Of a stretch of DNA of 50,244 nucleotides, positions 19,401-29,548 are shown in pieces. Below the pieces are notes generated by a model. It was not told the DNA's origin and ran no database searches. It saw only the letters and a list, made by a program, of their open reading frames with translations. Location: positions 1 through 50,244 of the IMG/VR virus record IMGVR_UViG_3300005057_000001. One strand, written 5' to 3'. This DNA is from a virus. Taxonomy: Duplodnaviria; Caudoviricetes. The stretch's first letter is position 1; the number at the start of each line of letters is the position of its first letter. The position numbers were made by a program, and so were the translations under genes.

Positions 19401-22400
19401 TGCCTTCATCAATTTGTAATTGACCGTTTTTAACCTTTTTAAGATCCCAATTAGCCCAGTTTGCATCCAAGAAGCCGTAATTTGAACCATCTCCATATAT
19501 TTGAAACCCATGGGTTCCATCTGCTCTGAAGCCACTGATACCAACATCTGAGCCACCTGAAGAAGCTTGTATTTTTAAGTTTCTAACGACGTTTGACGTT
19601 TTGAAATCCATTCCATTTATGGTTAAGGTTCCGGCATAACTGTCATTAGCATCACTCCTTAAGAATGAACCACTATTAATACCATCTAAAGTATCTGCAT
19701 CAAGACCTGAACCTGAACCGTCATTACCTGCATCCCAGACAGTGTTGCTTGCACGAGTAAGGTTACCATTTGGAATATTAACATTATTACTAGTATCCCA
19801 AGTAAGTACATTTGTAGATTCCATGCTAAGGAAACCTACATTACTTCCCTTAACACCCATACCTACCCATTTTCCTGAAGATGTTCCTCCAGATCGGCCA
19901 AGTCTAATATCAGCTGCACCTTGAGCTGAATTCCAGACTACATGAGGCTTACGTAACATTAAACCTTCTGAGCCATCACCTCCTAAAACACCATATTGAG
20001 ATGCATCACCCCACTCAAGTGTAGACTGAAATGTAAGAGCATCCCAACTATTATTTGCATTTGATACGTGTACTCTCCAAGGAGCAGTGCTTGATCCATC
20101 AAATGTTTTTGTTCCTGTTATTGTTTGTGTACTACTTAAATCTACAAAACTAGAAGAGCTGGGTATAGTTGGTTTGTTTGTGAGGTTGTTGTAGTTGAGG
20201 TAATAAGAACCTTGTTGTCCATCAAGCGTATCGGCATCTAAACCTGAGCCTGAACCGTCGTTTCCATCATGCCATAATTTTCTCCAAGTTGGGTAAGCAG
20301 TAGAGGCACTTTGATAAGTAAACCACATATTACTATTATCATATGCAGTAAGAAGCGCAGAATATCCTCCACCAGTATCTCTTCTACTTGTAACTGTGTA
20401 ACCAAAATAACTTTGACCATGACTAGAAGGTAATCCGTTGGAATTACTCGCTCTTACCATTGTTTGATAACCGGCTGGCTGTGACCAAAGTGCTGTAGTA
20501 TTTAAAGTTGTTAAAGAGTGGGTTGTCAGACCAAGTCGAGTTGTAGCGTCTGGCCAATATGTTTTTCTTGCATAATATGAACCGTGTTGTCCATCAAGTA
20601 AATCTGCATCTAAACCTGAACTTGAGCCGTCATTACCTGTATGCCATAACTTATACCAAGACCCTCTACTTCCATTTGAAACTTGTCTCCAGTATAGATC
20701 AGAATATGAAGTATTATACGTTCCTGCTAATTGCCAACCCCACGTACTACTTTGGTTATTATGTCTAAAATGTAATCCTTGCCAATATCCAAATCCTGCA
20801 GGATTTTCTGTTGATGAATTATTAATATTAAAGAATCCCATTCTAGGTGGGTTGACAGCAAAAGTACTTGATGCAAATGCACCTAATGTATCATCTCCAT
20901 AAATATAAGTATTTGGCGGAGTACTAGGCATTCTGGCACTTGATAATGTTCCCGCATTTATATTTGAAGCATTTCTATAATATGATCCGTGTTGTCCATC
21001 AAGTAAGTCTGCATCTAAACCTGAACCAGTACCATCGTTGCCCGCTGTCCATATAGTATTACTATTGTGTTTTAAATATGAACTTGCGTTTGTTACAAAG
21101 GCAATACCATCGTTTGCATCATTTTGAGCAGAGATATAGAGTACTGAACCTGCGTGTCCGCCAGCATTTGTTGTATGCACAATACTAGCACTATCTGTTG
21201 AATCAGTAGTTCCTTCTTTATCAAAAGCTGTCCAAACTAAACCAAGACCTTGGTTCGAAGTTGTAGCTGTATCATTAAAGGCAAGTTTTTTGTTCATTTG
21301 CCAGTATGAGTTGGTGTTGTTCCATGTTAATTTAGCATTTGCGCCATCAACAACGATTCCACCACCATCATTTGCGGAAGCTGTACCTCCGACACCAAGT
21401 GTAATTGTTTTGTCTACAACATCTAAATCTGTAACATTATAAGAGTTAATATCTCCTGTAATATTTAAATTACCTTGAACTGTTAAATCTTGGAAAGTTG
21501 GAGAATCTGAACTTCTTACATTCTGATTCATTAGATAAACTTCTGTAGCACCTTGACCTGTGTTGATTGTTCCTATGTTTACAAGATTTCTGTTAGTATC
21601 TAAAAACTGTGTGCCGGTCATATAAAGACCATTTGCACTTCTAAAATGAATTGCGTTCCAATCTAAAGAAGCATCCGCGCCTCCAATATAGAGATACTTG
21701 TCTCCGTCTGTAGTTGGACGAATATAAGAGGAACTTCGATTCATACTTAAACCATAGCCTTCAAGATCCATGTAAGAGCCATCGTTCCAGTGAGCTCTAT
21801 ATCGAGCTGCCGTAGAACTATTTCCTATTGTTAAGTTTCCTACAGCAGTTACGCCTCCACCTCCGTCTACTCTAAATTTTTCTGCTCCAGAGGAGTTTGT
21901 GATTTGAAAAGCATAAGAACCGTCAGCCGCAATTTTCATACCATAAGTAGCTGTTCCGTCTTTATTTACATAAATGCCCCAGTCACTATTGTCATTTGCT
22001 ACGTATAAACCTGCATCATTTGTACTGTTCCCTGTGTAATCAATTGTAAGATTACCTGCAATGTTACCTGATGTAATATTAGTTAATCCTCTTGAACTAT
22101 TAATTACAGCTGTGCCGCCTACTAAGTACCCACTATCTACGTTTACGGTGGTAATAGCACTAAGAACATATTTGCCGTTTGTACGGTCTGCAAAAACATT
22201 CCAGCCATCTCCTGCATTGTTTAATACACGAATGTCTCCACTAAAGTACGCTCCTGCTGTTTGTACGTGTCCGCTTGTACCGATAAAGCTGCCTCCAGAA
22301 GTTGTAATATTTCCAGAACTTGTAATAGTTGTACCACCTGAGATAGTTCCACCAAGTGCTATGTTATCTGTAACAGTAACATTATCTGTATAAGTATGAG

Positions 22401-22689
22401 ACCATCTTGTACCATTTGAACCAAGAGTTCTTGCGCTGTCAGTATAAGGCTGGAGATTACCGTCAATTGAAACATAAGAACTAGGTAAAATATAGATATT
22501 TTTATTTGCTTGCATGTGAACCCACCCAGAGTTCATCGAACCAATGTCTATATGCCCAGTGCTTGTTATAATACGGACAGAGTTTCCTGACCCCTCCGCT
22601 ATTCTTGTGTTTGTATCAGTTAAATAAATCCCCTCTGTCCCTAAGACATGAAGACCTTTCTTTACCTTAAAATTGTGATCTGTTGCCAT
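16408..22689 (-). CDS. Long modular tail fibre with C-terminal peptidase S74 intramolecular chaperone
   Basis: 2093 aa; eight W..G.DG..SGLDAD..DG linkers; YYSDARLK cleavage site, G.IAQEV, terminal coiled coil. Confidence 0.9.
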   Translation of the reverse strand: MATDHNFKVKKGLHVLGTEGIYLTDTNTRIAEGSGNSVRIITSTGHIDIGSMNSGWVHMQANKNIYILPSSYVSIDGNLQPYTDSARTLGSNGTRWSHTYTDNVTVTDNIALGGTISGGTTITSSGNITTSGGSFIGTSGHVQTAGAYFSGDIRVLNNAGDGWNVFADRTNGKYVLSAITTVNVDSGYLVGGTAVINSSRGLTNITSGNIAGNLTIDYTGNSTNDAGLYVANDNSDWGIYVNKDGTATYGMKIAADGSYAFQITNSSGAEKFRVDGGGGVTAVGNLTIGNSSTAARYRAHWNDGSYMDLEGYGLSMNRSSSYIRPTTDGDKYLYIGGADASLDWNAIHFRSANGLYMTGTQFLDTNRNLVNIGTINTGQGATEVYLMNQNVRSSDSPTFQDLTVQGNLNITGDINSYNVTDLDVVDKTITLGVGGTASANDGGGIVVDGANAKLTWNNTNSYWQMNKKLAFNDTATTSNQGLGLVWTAFDKEGTTDSTDSASIVHTTNAGGHAGSVLYISAQNDANDGIAFVTNASSYLKHNSNTIWTAGNDGTGSGLDADLLDGQHGSYYRNASNINAGTLSSARMPSTPPNTYIYGDDTLGAFASSTFAVNPPRMGFFNINNSSTENPAGFGYWQGLHFRHNNQSSTWGWQLAGTYNTSYSDLYWRQVSNGSRGSWYKLWHTGNDGSSSGLDADLLDGQHGSYYARKTYWPDATTRLGLTTHSLTTLNTTALWSQPAGYQTMVRASNSNGLPSSHGQSYFGYTVTSRRDTGGGYSALLTAYDNSNMWFTYQSASTAYPTWRKLWHDGNDGSGSGLDADTLDGQQGSYYLNYNNLTNKPTIPSSSSFVDLSSTQTITGTKTFDGSSTAPWRVHVSNANNSWDALTFQSTLEWGDASQYGVLGGDGSEGLMLRKPHVVWNSAQGAADIRLGRSGGTSSGKWVGMGVKGSNVGFLSMESTNVLTWDTSNNVNIPNGNLTRASNTVWDAGNDGSGSGLDADTLDGINSGSFLRSDANDSYAGTLTINGMDFKTSNVVRNLKIQASSGGSDVGISGFRADGTHGFQIYGDGSNYGFLDANWANWDLKKVKNGQLQIDEGSGLNKVWSAGNDGSGSGLDADILDGQHGSYYNTKTYTSTGNAAGSYLGGHYSSGGNEKPNSSTFGSGKFKIAMLSSSNLGFGGSWNDVFWNSSYNGGDVKKSTALVSSKYDNTSLWIVKQNYDSSSWGTGYLFWNSGNDGSGSGLDADTVDGIHGSSFVRSDAADTLTGALTMNVGGNAITISSAAPQIRFNDTDHYDHWIHVNSNRFYILSDRDANGSWETPYPMELNSGNNIPYLFGNKAWTAGNDGSGSGLDADTLDGINSASFARSDAGTTYSNYGNLQRFYSNTNMATASGSQAGLECFSSGAGNDAFMTFHVGGDYAVYFGLDGGSNRLSTGGWSDGAVSNTVWHAGSDGSGSGLDADTLDGQQGSYYAPNTNIVHKNANTMTGSSFKLGFHSGAGGTTFNANHYSMGVDIANGSWSGNNYSDLIIGYHTGIRIGAGYSGIRFYNNSPTTDTNNDGNGDGSESLLMTIGGGGTTTSGAHVTVENNLYVKDNLYVGAGGNDGYFYSDTNGRTAFANGDFYIQNSVGNYYNYATNQYIGDSSGDNIYFRGNTLTGNSWSLSGAGALSAATITATGSFRADRFEDQGGAFFWREGLTSGRHRHLNLADTTSDPASVTDSNNPTGISWGQRTDNNGYYMFGLKGQYNNGYSSHSRLSIGWHTGIEIGASATYGGVRFMADSPFVNTTQIFGIGDIAGGHSRIGASKKLFFNGGTGTYGIGAGGHNYNSGYFDTVESGLTNDTLELVYYSGVGVNVGQGGAKPLGCSEIRFNANTTNRKISSTSAFYSNHAGVRIHGNWNEFEVMGRVLDVSGSNCHFMDGYGSTNHASHYFQIGTGSGGNGGLSYVRIGTTLNVDGDVVAYYSDARLKQNVETIPNALEILKGIRGVTFEWNKKAESVWKKKEGDKDFGMIAQEVDAVFPMGTVVQGNADKNKEMGYADPDSPNYDPLHDGERDEPEYKTIKYDKMVTLAIQAIKEQQEQIEELKQQIKDLQGQK
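18280..21051 (-). repeat. Eight dispersed direct repeats (~70 bp) encoding GNDGSGSGLDADxLDG linkers
   Basis: Exact 20-mer GCATCTAGACCTGAACCTGA at 18314, 18635, 19343; near matches around 18962, 19697, 20234, 20606, 21011. Confidence 0.9.
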
Positions 22690-22707
22690 TTGGTTTCACT
22701 CTCCACC

Positions 22708-25700
22708 TTATGTTGTTATACTGTGGCATACTACTTTAAATGCCATTGTATCCGTGGAAGCGGGTGTGGCGAGAAGTCTGACGTTTCCGCTATTTACGTC
22801 ACAATCAAACGTTGCCTCTACTGCGCTTCCTGTATGAATTTCTCCGAATTCTGTTATATTTGCTGTAGTACCATCATGAACAAGTAGTAGTTCTGTTGTA
22901 TGATAAGTACTATCTGTACTATTTGTTACCTGTACGGTAAATCTTGCGGAACGGAATGTCGCTGCCGCAAATGTATGTATTGCAATCTGTGTTGTTGCAC
23001 TGCTTGAAGTTGATGTTGAGTCTATGCCATATTCTTCAACTTGGAATTTTGCTGATGGCGTATTTGTACCAATACCAACATTACCGCCAGGTGTTATTGC
23101 CATTCTATCTACATAGGTTGTATTACTTCCAGTTACACCAGAAAATATTAAGGTACCATACGCGTGTGCTGAAGATCCTCCATCTGTACTAGCACCCGGA
23201 GTTGCAAGATTTATTCTCCAATAATCTTTATTTAATCCACCATAATCATCTATACTTCTATCACTACCAAGTGAAAGCATTTGATATACTGTATTCGATA
23301 CAATGTTTCTTGTAATTCTTAAATCACCATCAACGTCAAGTTTACCTTGAGGGTTTGTTGTTCCAATACCAACATTACCATTATTTTCAATTCTCATTCG
23401 TTCTGTTTGAGAACCTATACCTGCAGCAGATGCATAGAATCTTATACCATTATAGCCGTGTAAATTCATTCTACTGCCGCCGAGTTCTAGTCCAGCAGAG
23501 TTATTGGCTGAACCATTATAAATTTTATTTGAAACAATATTAATATTACCAGCTACATGTAATTTATCAGTAGGTGAAGTTGTTCCAATACCAACCCTGT
23601 TATTTGGTCCGTCTACAGTAAATATAGCATTAGTAGTTTGTGCAATAGCAGGATTAAAACTAGTGCCATTTAAAAATGTAACAGCCCATAAATTAGTATT
23701 ATTATATAAAGATCCAGAATACCAACCATTATCTGATTGTGTATTATAAGAATAAATACCTCCACCTCTAGCAGTTGATTGTGTAGCTTTAAGTAAAATT
23801 GAAGCTGGTGCATACCCTGTATTCGTTGACTGTGCAACTTCTATTCCGTGTGAAGTGCTTGTAGTATTTAGAACCATAACGCCACTAGTATTAATATGTG
23901 TTTGACTTGTACTTGAGCTTTTTCCGTTAGGTCTTAAATAAACATTACCACCACTTCCTGAACTTGATAAAGTTGCATTAGAGTCAGTAGAAGTAAAGTG
24001 TGTGTCAGCAATAACATCTCCTGTTGTTTTTATATTACCAACTACATGTAATGCCTCAGTAGGCGCAGTAATTCCTATACCAACCTTACCACCTGCATCT
24101 ATTCTTACATGCTCACCATTAGTAACATTACTAAATGAAATTTGTCTATTAGACTGTGCTTGGAAATCAAATACACCTGAGTTATTTCTCATTAGGCCGA
24201 CATCAGTACTTGTAGTACCTACCATAAACCCAAGTGCCGAAAATGCTTCTTTATTGAATTCCCATCTATCATTTCCAGATTTATATAAAACCGTAGCACT
24301 AGCACCATCAACATTTATACCAGATTCGTTTGCGGCTGCTGCATCAGTGGCGCCATCTGCGATTGTAATTATTTTATCATCTACTGTTAAAGTTGATGTA
24401 TTTAAAATAGTTTGTGTACCATTAACTGTTAAATTACCACCAATAGTAACATTACCGCTTGTTGTAATTGCAGCGATATTAACTAAGTTTCTGCTACTAT
24501 CTACAACATAGGTGCCATTTAACTGATATCCTGAACTATTTACAAAACCTGAAGCTGCGTATATGTTACCTGCAACATGAAGTTTTTGTGAAGGTGAAGT
24601 AGTTCCTATACCAACATTACCTGCATTATCAAACGTAATTTTTGTGCTACCTTCGTGTGCAAATATAAAGTCTGCTGAATCTTGACCTACTCTCTTATTA
24701 CCAATATGCCAATCGGAGTCTCCTGTTCTAAAATGCGCAAGTGCCATAACACCAGCTGTAGAGTCAGTATTCTCAATTCGTATACCATTGCTGCCCCAGT
24801 TTCCGCTACTACCTCCGCTTAAGGAAGTATTTGTATTAGCAAAACGAGTATCAAGTTTATAGTATGGTGAAGCAGTTCCAATACCAACCTTACCATCATT
24901 CTTAATACGCATCCTTTCTGTCAAGCTATTTGTTTGGAATATGATATCATTAGAGTTTAATAATATTCTTGTAGTATCATAATAAGTTATTCTGCTGCCG
25001 ATACTTGGATCGCCAATTTTTAAATCTCCATAAGTTCCATCAACATCTAATATTCCGCCTGGAGATGTGACACCAATTCCAACGTTGACTCCCCCATTAG
25101 TATAAATTCTTCGGTTATGTCCATCTAAGAAAAGCTGTGTATACTGACCGCTTCCGTTACTATTTTGTATACGAAGTACTCTATCTGTAGAAGAAGTTCC
25201 TACTTGTTCTAAGTACTGGCCTTGAGTATCTGTTCCTGTATAAATGTATCTACCAGAAGTTCCTTCAATTCTGGCAATAATTCCGGCACTATTCTTCTTT
25301 ACATGAAAGTAGTTCGAAGGTGTATCTACTCCGAATCCAAAGTTGCCGCCGGAATCAATAACCATACGCTGTGAGCCAGCAGTATCAAATCTGATTTTAT
25401 CTTCGTCTGAGCTTTCCTCGACTTGTATCTTGGTATCGCCATCAGAGTCAGATATTGAAGTGCCTCCACTTGCTCCTGCAACAGTTGCAAAAGTTAGGTT
25501 ACCTGATCCATCAGTTTTGAGTACTTGGTTTGCGCTTCCGTCTGAAGTTGGGAATGTGTACGCGTTGTTAAATTTAACTGCTCCCGTTGATCCAACTATA
25601 GTCATTCTTACAGTACCACTACTAGATCCAATATTTGCTCCAGTTCTAAATTCTAAATTACCGCTTACATTTAAAATAGTATTTGTTCGTTCCGTAGATT

Positions 25701-27084
25701 TAAAAAATATTCTACCTGATGCTGAGCTATTACCTGTATCTTGGTTCATTATTAAACCGTCAACGCCAGCAGCTGTAATATCTAGCTTAGTATCTGGTGA
25801 AGTTGTTCCAATACCAACATTACCACTTGAATCAATATTTAAATTATTTGCATGCCTACCAGGATTAACACCAATCGACGATGTTGAACTTTCTGCAGAA
25901 ACATAAGTATTTGTATCATCATCAGAAATAAGAATTGTAGCTTTATTATCAGAAGATTTAAAATAACCTACAGTATCTGTTGTACCAGAATCTACGTGTA
26001 ATTTAAATGAAGGTGAAGTTGTTCCAATACCAACGTTGCCAGAATTAGCCACAGTAATAGCAAGTATACTATCAGTAATGTTTTGCCAATACGTATTAGA
26101 GTTATCGGAATGAAAACCCCACTTTTTAGCTGTTACTCCAGTTCCTGTTCTTTGATAGGCGAGTGAAACTGTTCCTTCCCCAGAAATTTCTAGGGGATAA
26201 GCGGGAGACATAGTACCGATACCAACCTTACCATCGTTGGCTATAGTCATTCTGTCTGTTGATGTTGTTTGGAATCTAAAAGCACCACCAGATGAAGATG
26301 CGTTTAGTGATATTCCTGCACCTACTAAAGTATTATTTTCAAATGTTCTTATAGCTAAATATCTTGAAGCATGTCCACCACTTATTCTTACAGCATCTGA
26401 TGTATCACTACCATTTGCAACATGAAGTTTTGTAGCTGGTGCACTAGTTCCTATACCAATATTACCAGCAGAACTTAGAGTCATTCGGCGTGTACTTGCT
26501 ACATTATCGTACCATATTAATGATCCTTCTGATGCATCATAAGCAACATTATATTTATTAGAACCATTTGACCTATATCTAAAATCGATATCTGTATTCG
26601 CATTAGCTTCAAGTACTACACCACCTCCACCTCCTACATGGACATGTAAATTACTTACAGGTGCGGTGGTTCCGATACCAACACTACCAGTAGATTTAAT
26701 ATTTAAATTGTTGGCATGCAAACTAGGTTGATTACCCATACTCAAAGTATAGCTTTGAGACATAATATAATTTACAGTATTATTATCTGATAAAATAATA
26801 CCTGCTTTTGCATCGGTTGATTCAGCTTTGATTGGCCAATCGCTTGTTCCTGAATTTACATGTAATCTAGAAGTAGGAGAAGTGGTTCCTATACCAATTC
26901 GACTATTGGTAGTATCGATATGAAGAATATCATTGTCATGGACAGCAACAATATCATTGTTACCTTTTTTAATGTATACGGCACCATCAGCGGTATTAAT
27001 CGCTATTTCGCCAAGGGATAAGTCCGAGCTGTCAGGTACGTTTCCTGCAACGCTCGAACGCTTTAATAATATTGATTGTGCCAT
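22708..27084 (-). CDS. Tail fibre protein with about 14 GNVGIGTTSP-type repeats
   Basis: 1458 aa; Mtd_N-like N-terminus (ILLKRS...LGEIAINTADG); repeated xGIGTxxP; C-terminal RSARF...ELLLVHDGT domain. Confidence 0.85.
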   Translation of the reverse strand: MAQSILLKRSSVAGNVPDSSDLSLGEIAINTADGAVYIKKGNNDIVAVHDNDILHIDTTNSRIGIGTTSPTSRLHVNSGTSDWPIKAESTDAKAGIILSDNNTVNYIMSQSYTLSMGNQPSLHANNLNIKSTGSVGIGTTAPVSNLHVHVGGGGGVVLEANANTDIDFRYRSNGSNKYNVAYDASEGSLIWYDNVASTRRMTLSSAGNIGIGTSAPATKLHVANGSDTSDAVRISGGHASRYLAIRTFENNTLVGAGISLNASSSGGAFRFQTTSTDRMTIANDGKVGIGTMSPAYPLEISGEGTVSLAYQRTGTGVTAKKWGFHSDNSNTYWQNITDSILAITVANSGNVGIGTTSPSFKLHVDSGTTDTVGYFKSSDNKATILISDDDTNTYVSAESSTSSIGVNPGRHANNLNIDSSGNVGIGTTSPDTKLDITAAGVDGLIMNQDTGNSSASGRIFFKSTERTNTILNVSGNLEFRTGANIGSSSGTVRMTIVGSTGAVKFNNAYTFPTSDGSANQVLKTDGSGNLTFATVAGASGGTSISDSDGDTKIQVEESSDEDKIRFDTAGSQRMVIDSGGNFGFGVDTPSNYFHVKKNSAGIIARIEGTSGRYIYTGTDTQGQYLEQVGTSSTDRVLRIQNSNGSGQYTQLFLDGHNRRIYTNGGVNVGIGVTSPGGILDVDGTYGDLKIGDPSIGSRITYYDTTRILLNSNDIIFQTNSLTERMRIKNDGKVGIGTASPYYKLDTRFANTNTSLSGGSSGNWGSNGIRIENTDSTAGVMALAHFRTGDSDWHIGNKRVGQDSADFIFAHEGSTKITFDNAGNVGIGTTSPSQKLHVAGNIYAASGFVNSSGYQLNGTYVVDSSRNLVNIAAITTSGNVTIGGNLTVNGTQTILNTSTLTVDDKIITIADGATDAAAANESGINVDGASATVLYKSGNDRWEFNKEAFSALGFMVGTTSTDVGLMRNNSGVFDFQAQSNRQISFSNVTNGEHVRIDAGGKVGIGITAPTEALHVVGNIKTTGDVIADTHFTSTDSNATLSSSGSGGNVYLRPNGKSSSTSQTHINTSGVMVLNTTSTSHGIEVAQSTNTGYAPASILLKATQSTARGGGIYSYNTQSDNGWYSGSLYNNTNLWAVTFLNGTSFNPAIAQTTNAIFTVDGPNNRVGIGTTSPTDKLHVAGNINIVSNKIYNGSANNSAGLELGGSRMNLHGYNGIRFYASAAGIGSQTERMRIENNGNVGIGTTNPQGKLDVDGDLRITRNIVSNTVYQMLSLGSDRSIDDYGGLNKDYWRINLATPGASTDGGSSAHAYGTLIFSGVTGSNTTYVDRMAITPGGNVGIGTNTPSAKFQVEEYGIDSTSTSSSATTQIAIHTFAAATFRSARFTVQVTNSTDSTYHTTELLLVHDGTTANITEFGEIHTGSAVEATFDCDVNSGNVRLLATPASTDTMAFKVVCHSITT

Positions 27085-27120
27085 ATTTATGGTATTCCTA
27101 GTCTATGCCTATATAGGCGG

Positions 27121-27149
27121 AAAAGTGGAACTTATTTAGAAAGTTCCAC
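27121..27149 (-). terminator. Stem-loop with short U tract overlapping a stop codon (weak terminator/attenuator)
   Basis: Minus strand GTGGAACTT-TCTAAAT-AAGTTCCAC-TTTT. Confidence 0.55.
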
Positions 27150-29142
27150 CATCGATAACGTTACTCCAAGAAGCTGAACCTGATGTATTCATATGTAGAA
27201 TTGCACCGGCTGAACTTGGTTTTGCTAGTCTTGTATAACCACCATTTGAAGCAGCTCCAATTAACAAATCACCAACTGCTGTCTGTGTTATACCTTTAAT
27301 TCTTAATGCGTCTGAACTTACTTGAATAGTCTTATTGTCTACTGCTACATCTAAAGTATTTCCAGACTTTGTCATTGCGGCGCCAGCAATAATTTGTCCT
27401 GCTCCTGAGAACTGAACAACAGGCATTGCTGTAGTACCAAAGTTAGATGGTACGCCATCGTGTGTGAAGACAAATCCGTTGTCTCCGTTTACTGTACCTT
27501 CTTCAACAAATACGAATGTACCACCAGTTAGTTCTGCGGCTGTATTTGCGTCGGCCGCCCTTGCTGGGGAAGCTGCAACTACATAAATACCGTTTTCGCC
27601 TGCTGAACTTTGATCTTTAACAAGTACTCTATCTCCATTTGCAAGAGTTACACCATCAAGTGTATCTCCATCATTTAGAGCTGTTGCAATAGTAATATTA
27701 GCTGTTGTAGCTACTCTTACTGAATCTTTAATATCGAGCGCTTGTTTTACTGCGTCTACATACGCTTTAGTTGCTGCGTGCTGTGCTTGTGTTGGGTCTG
27801 CAACATTAATTATATTAGCACTATTTGCATCGATTGCTCCTGAACCATTTGGATTCAGAGAGATGTTTCCATTTGTATTTGTGCTTGATAACTCATTACC
27901 GTTTAAAGTTAAGTTGTCTGCAATTACAGCTCCACCAGTAATATTACCTGTAGCAGTAACATTTGTTAGACCTGCTAAAGAAGCTGCTGTAGCACCTAGA
28001 TTTATTTGAGTACTACCAACTGTGATTTGAGAGTTATCAATCTGACTGTTTGAAATTGAAGCAATGCTTACTGCACCACTTGAAACAGAGAAGTCATTAG
28101 AGTTAAATGATGCAATACCTTTGTTTGATGTTGTTGCATCTTCTCCACTTACTGTTGCTGTTCCACTTGAGTACGATACATCTATACCTTCGCCAGCTCC
28201 AACAATAACAACACCTTTATTAGTTGCTGAAGAATCTTCCGCAGCAATTGTTACTGTTGTACCAGTAGCTGAAGTGTCTATTCCTTCACCACCACTAATT
28301 GTAAATGTTTCACCAATTGTAGCCGCTGCAGAACCAGAGTCTCCAGATAGTGTTATATCTTTCGCAGAAACTGCACCACTTGATACGGTAAAGTTTGACG
28401 AAGCAAAAGACGCTAGACCTTTTACTGAGCTAGAAGCATTTGCAACTGATATTGTTACTGTATCACTTCCTACAGAGGCGCTTACTGCACCTGAGCCAGC
28501 AAATGTTAGTGTATCATCAACTAAGCTTACTGAATCTGTAGAAGAACCATCTCCTGCGATTGCTAGAGTTGTTGAAATTGTTTGGAATGTGACTGCTCCA
28601 GAACCGTTAGTAATAAGAGCTTGTCCATTTGATCCATCTGCAGTTGGAAGAGTGTACCCAACAGTACCGTCTATTCCAACTTCTATTTGTTTATTGAACG
28701 TAATTAGTTCAGCACCATTTGAGGTGTCAAAGGTTAAATAATTATTTGAACCTTGTGAAATGGTAAGCGCTGTTGCTGAGCCATCAACAATATCAAACTC
28801 TATAGCGCCTCCAGTTGCAAAATCAATACTTCCAGTTGCAGGATCAATAATTAAATTACCTGAACCTGTAGATATTGTATTTCCATTTATTTGTATATTA
28901 TCAACTAGAAGATTATCAATCTTGCTATTTGAGTCTGTGATAATTGCAGAACTTGCTGTAAGTGTACCAGCTGTATGGTCGAGCATCTCGACGTAGACTT
29001 GTCCGCCAATCACATCAAAGGTAGAACCGTCTCCGATAAACAGCTTATTTGAGTTGTAAGAGTAACCTAACTCACCCTTTACTAAACTGGAACCTGGAGT
29101 TGCGGTACTGTCACTTCTTTTGATTTTAATAACTTGTGCCAT
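27136..29142 (-). CDS. Proximal tail fibre / fibre structural protein
   Basis: 668 aa; Mtd_N-like N-terminus (IKIKRS...GELGYS...KLFIGDG); AATKAYVD; GDRVLVKDQ...ENGIY; ends IDGGTF. Confidence 0.8.
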   Translation of the reverse strand: MAQVIKIKRSDSTATPGSSLVKGELGYSYNSNKLFIGDGSTFDVIGGQVYVEMLDHTAGTLTASSAIITDSNSKIDNLLVDNIQINGNTISTGSGNLIIDPATGSIDFATGGAIEFDIVDGSATALTISQGSNNYLTFDTSNGAELITFNKQIEVGIDGTVGYTLPTADGSNGQALITNGSGAVTFQTISTTLAIAGDGSSTDSVSLVDDTLTFAGSGAVSASVGSDTVTISVANASSSVKGLASFASSNFTVSSGAVSAKDITLSGDSGSAAATIGETFTISGGEGIDTSATGTTVTIAAEDSSATNKGVVIVGAGEGIDVSYSSGTATVSGEDATTSNKGIASFNSNDFSVSSGAVSIASISNSQIDNSQITVGSTQINLGATAASLAGLTNVTATGNITGGAVIADNLTLNGNELSSTNTNGNISLNPNGSGAIDANSANIINVADPTQAQHAATKAYVDAVKQALDIKDSVRVATTANITIATALNDGDTLDGVTLANGDRVLVKDQSSAGENGIYVVAASPARAADANTAAELTGGTFVFVEEGTVNGDNGFVFTHDGVPSNFGTTAMPVVQFSGAGQIIAGAAMTKSGNTLDVAVDNKTIQVSSDALRIKGITQTAVGDLLIGAASNGGYTRLAKPSSAGAILHMNTSGSASWSNVIDGGTF

Positions 29143-29152
29143 TATCTATTCC

Positions 29153-29548
29153 TTAAAAACCACCTCCATCGAGGTTGTCCATTGTACCTGTTGCTGCTGC
29201 AAGAGGTACGAATTCAAAATTGCTCGGAGAAGTCTCTCTATATACCATTAACTGATCATCATTAGTATCGTACCATAGATCGCCTTGTTCCAAATTGCTT
29301 CCTGTCGGAGCAGTATCACTCCTAAAAGATTGGTCTGCTAGTATTTCTAACGCTTCTGTTACTGTACCACCAGCAGGAATTATATTTCCGATAGCATCTA
29401 CTGTAATTTGAGATGCATTTGCTGAGAGCAGACTTAAACTTGTGGTTACTTGAATGGGATTGTCACTTTGATTTAAAGTGATAGAATTATTTGTCTCATT
29501 TACTGTGACATAAGTAGGTTCTTCATTTACTGTTACTGTAATTGCCAT
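29153..29548 (-). CDS. Putative fibre adaptor protein
   Basis: 131 aa; AP......GDLWYDT motif; ends LDGGGF. Confidence 0.65.
   Translation of the reverse strand: MAITVTVNEEPTYVTVNETNNSITLNQSDNPIQVTTSLSLLSANASQITVDAIGNIIPAGGTVTEALEILADQSFRSDTAPTGSNLEQGDLWYDTNDDQLMVYRETSPSNFEFVPLAAATGTMDNLDGGGF

Noticed and set aside
18280-21051. Repeats as a CRISPR array or invertible shufflon
   Set aside because: Repeats are in-frame, vary at synonymous positions, are hundreds of bases apart and all direct; no cas or invertase gene.
22690-22710. Stop-codon read-through fusing the in-frame 1458-aa and 2093-aa fibre genes
   Set aside because: The 18-nt gap has a second in-frame stop (GGT GGA GAG TGA AAC CAA) and a usable GGAG RBS.
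16408-29142. Diversity-generating retroelement suggested by Mtd_N-like N-termini
   Set aside because: No reverse transcriptase and no template/variable repeat pair differing at adenines seen; the N-terminal domain alone is structural.
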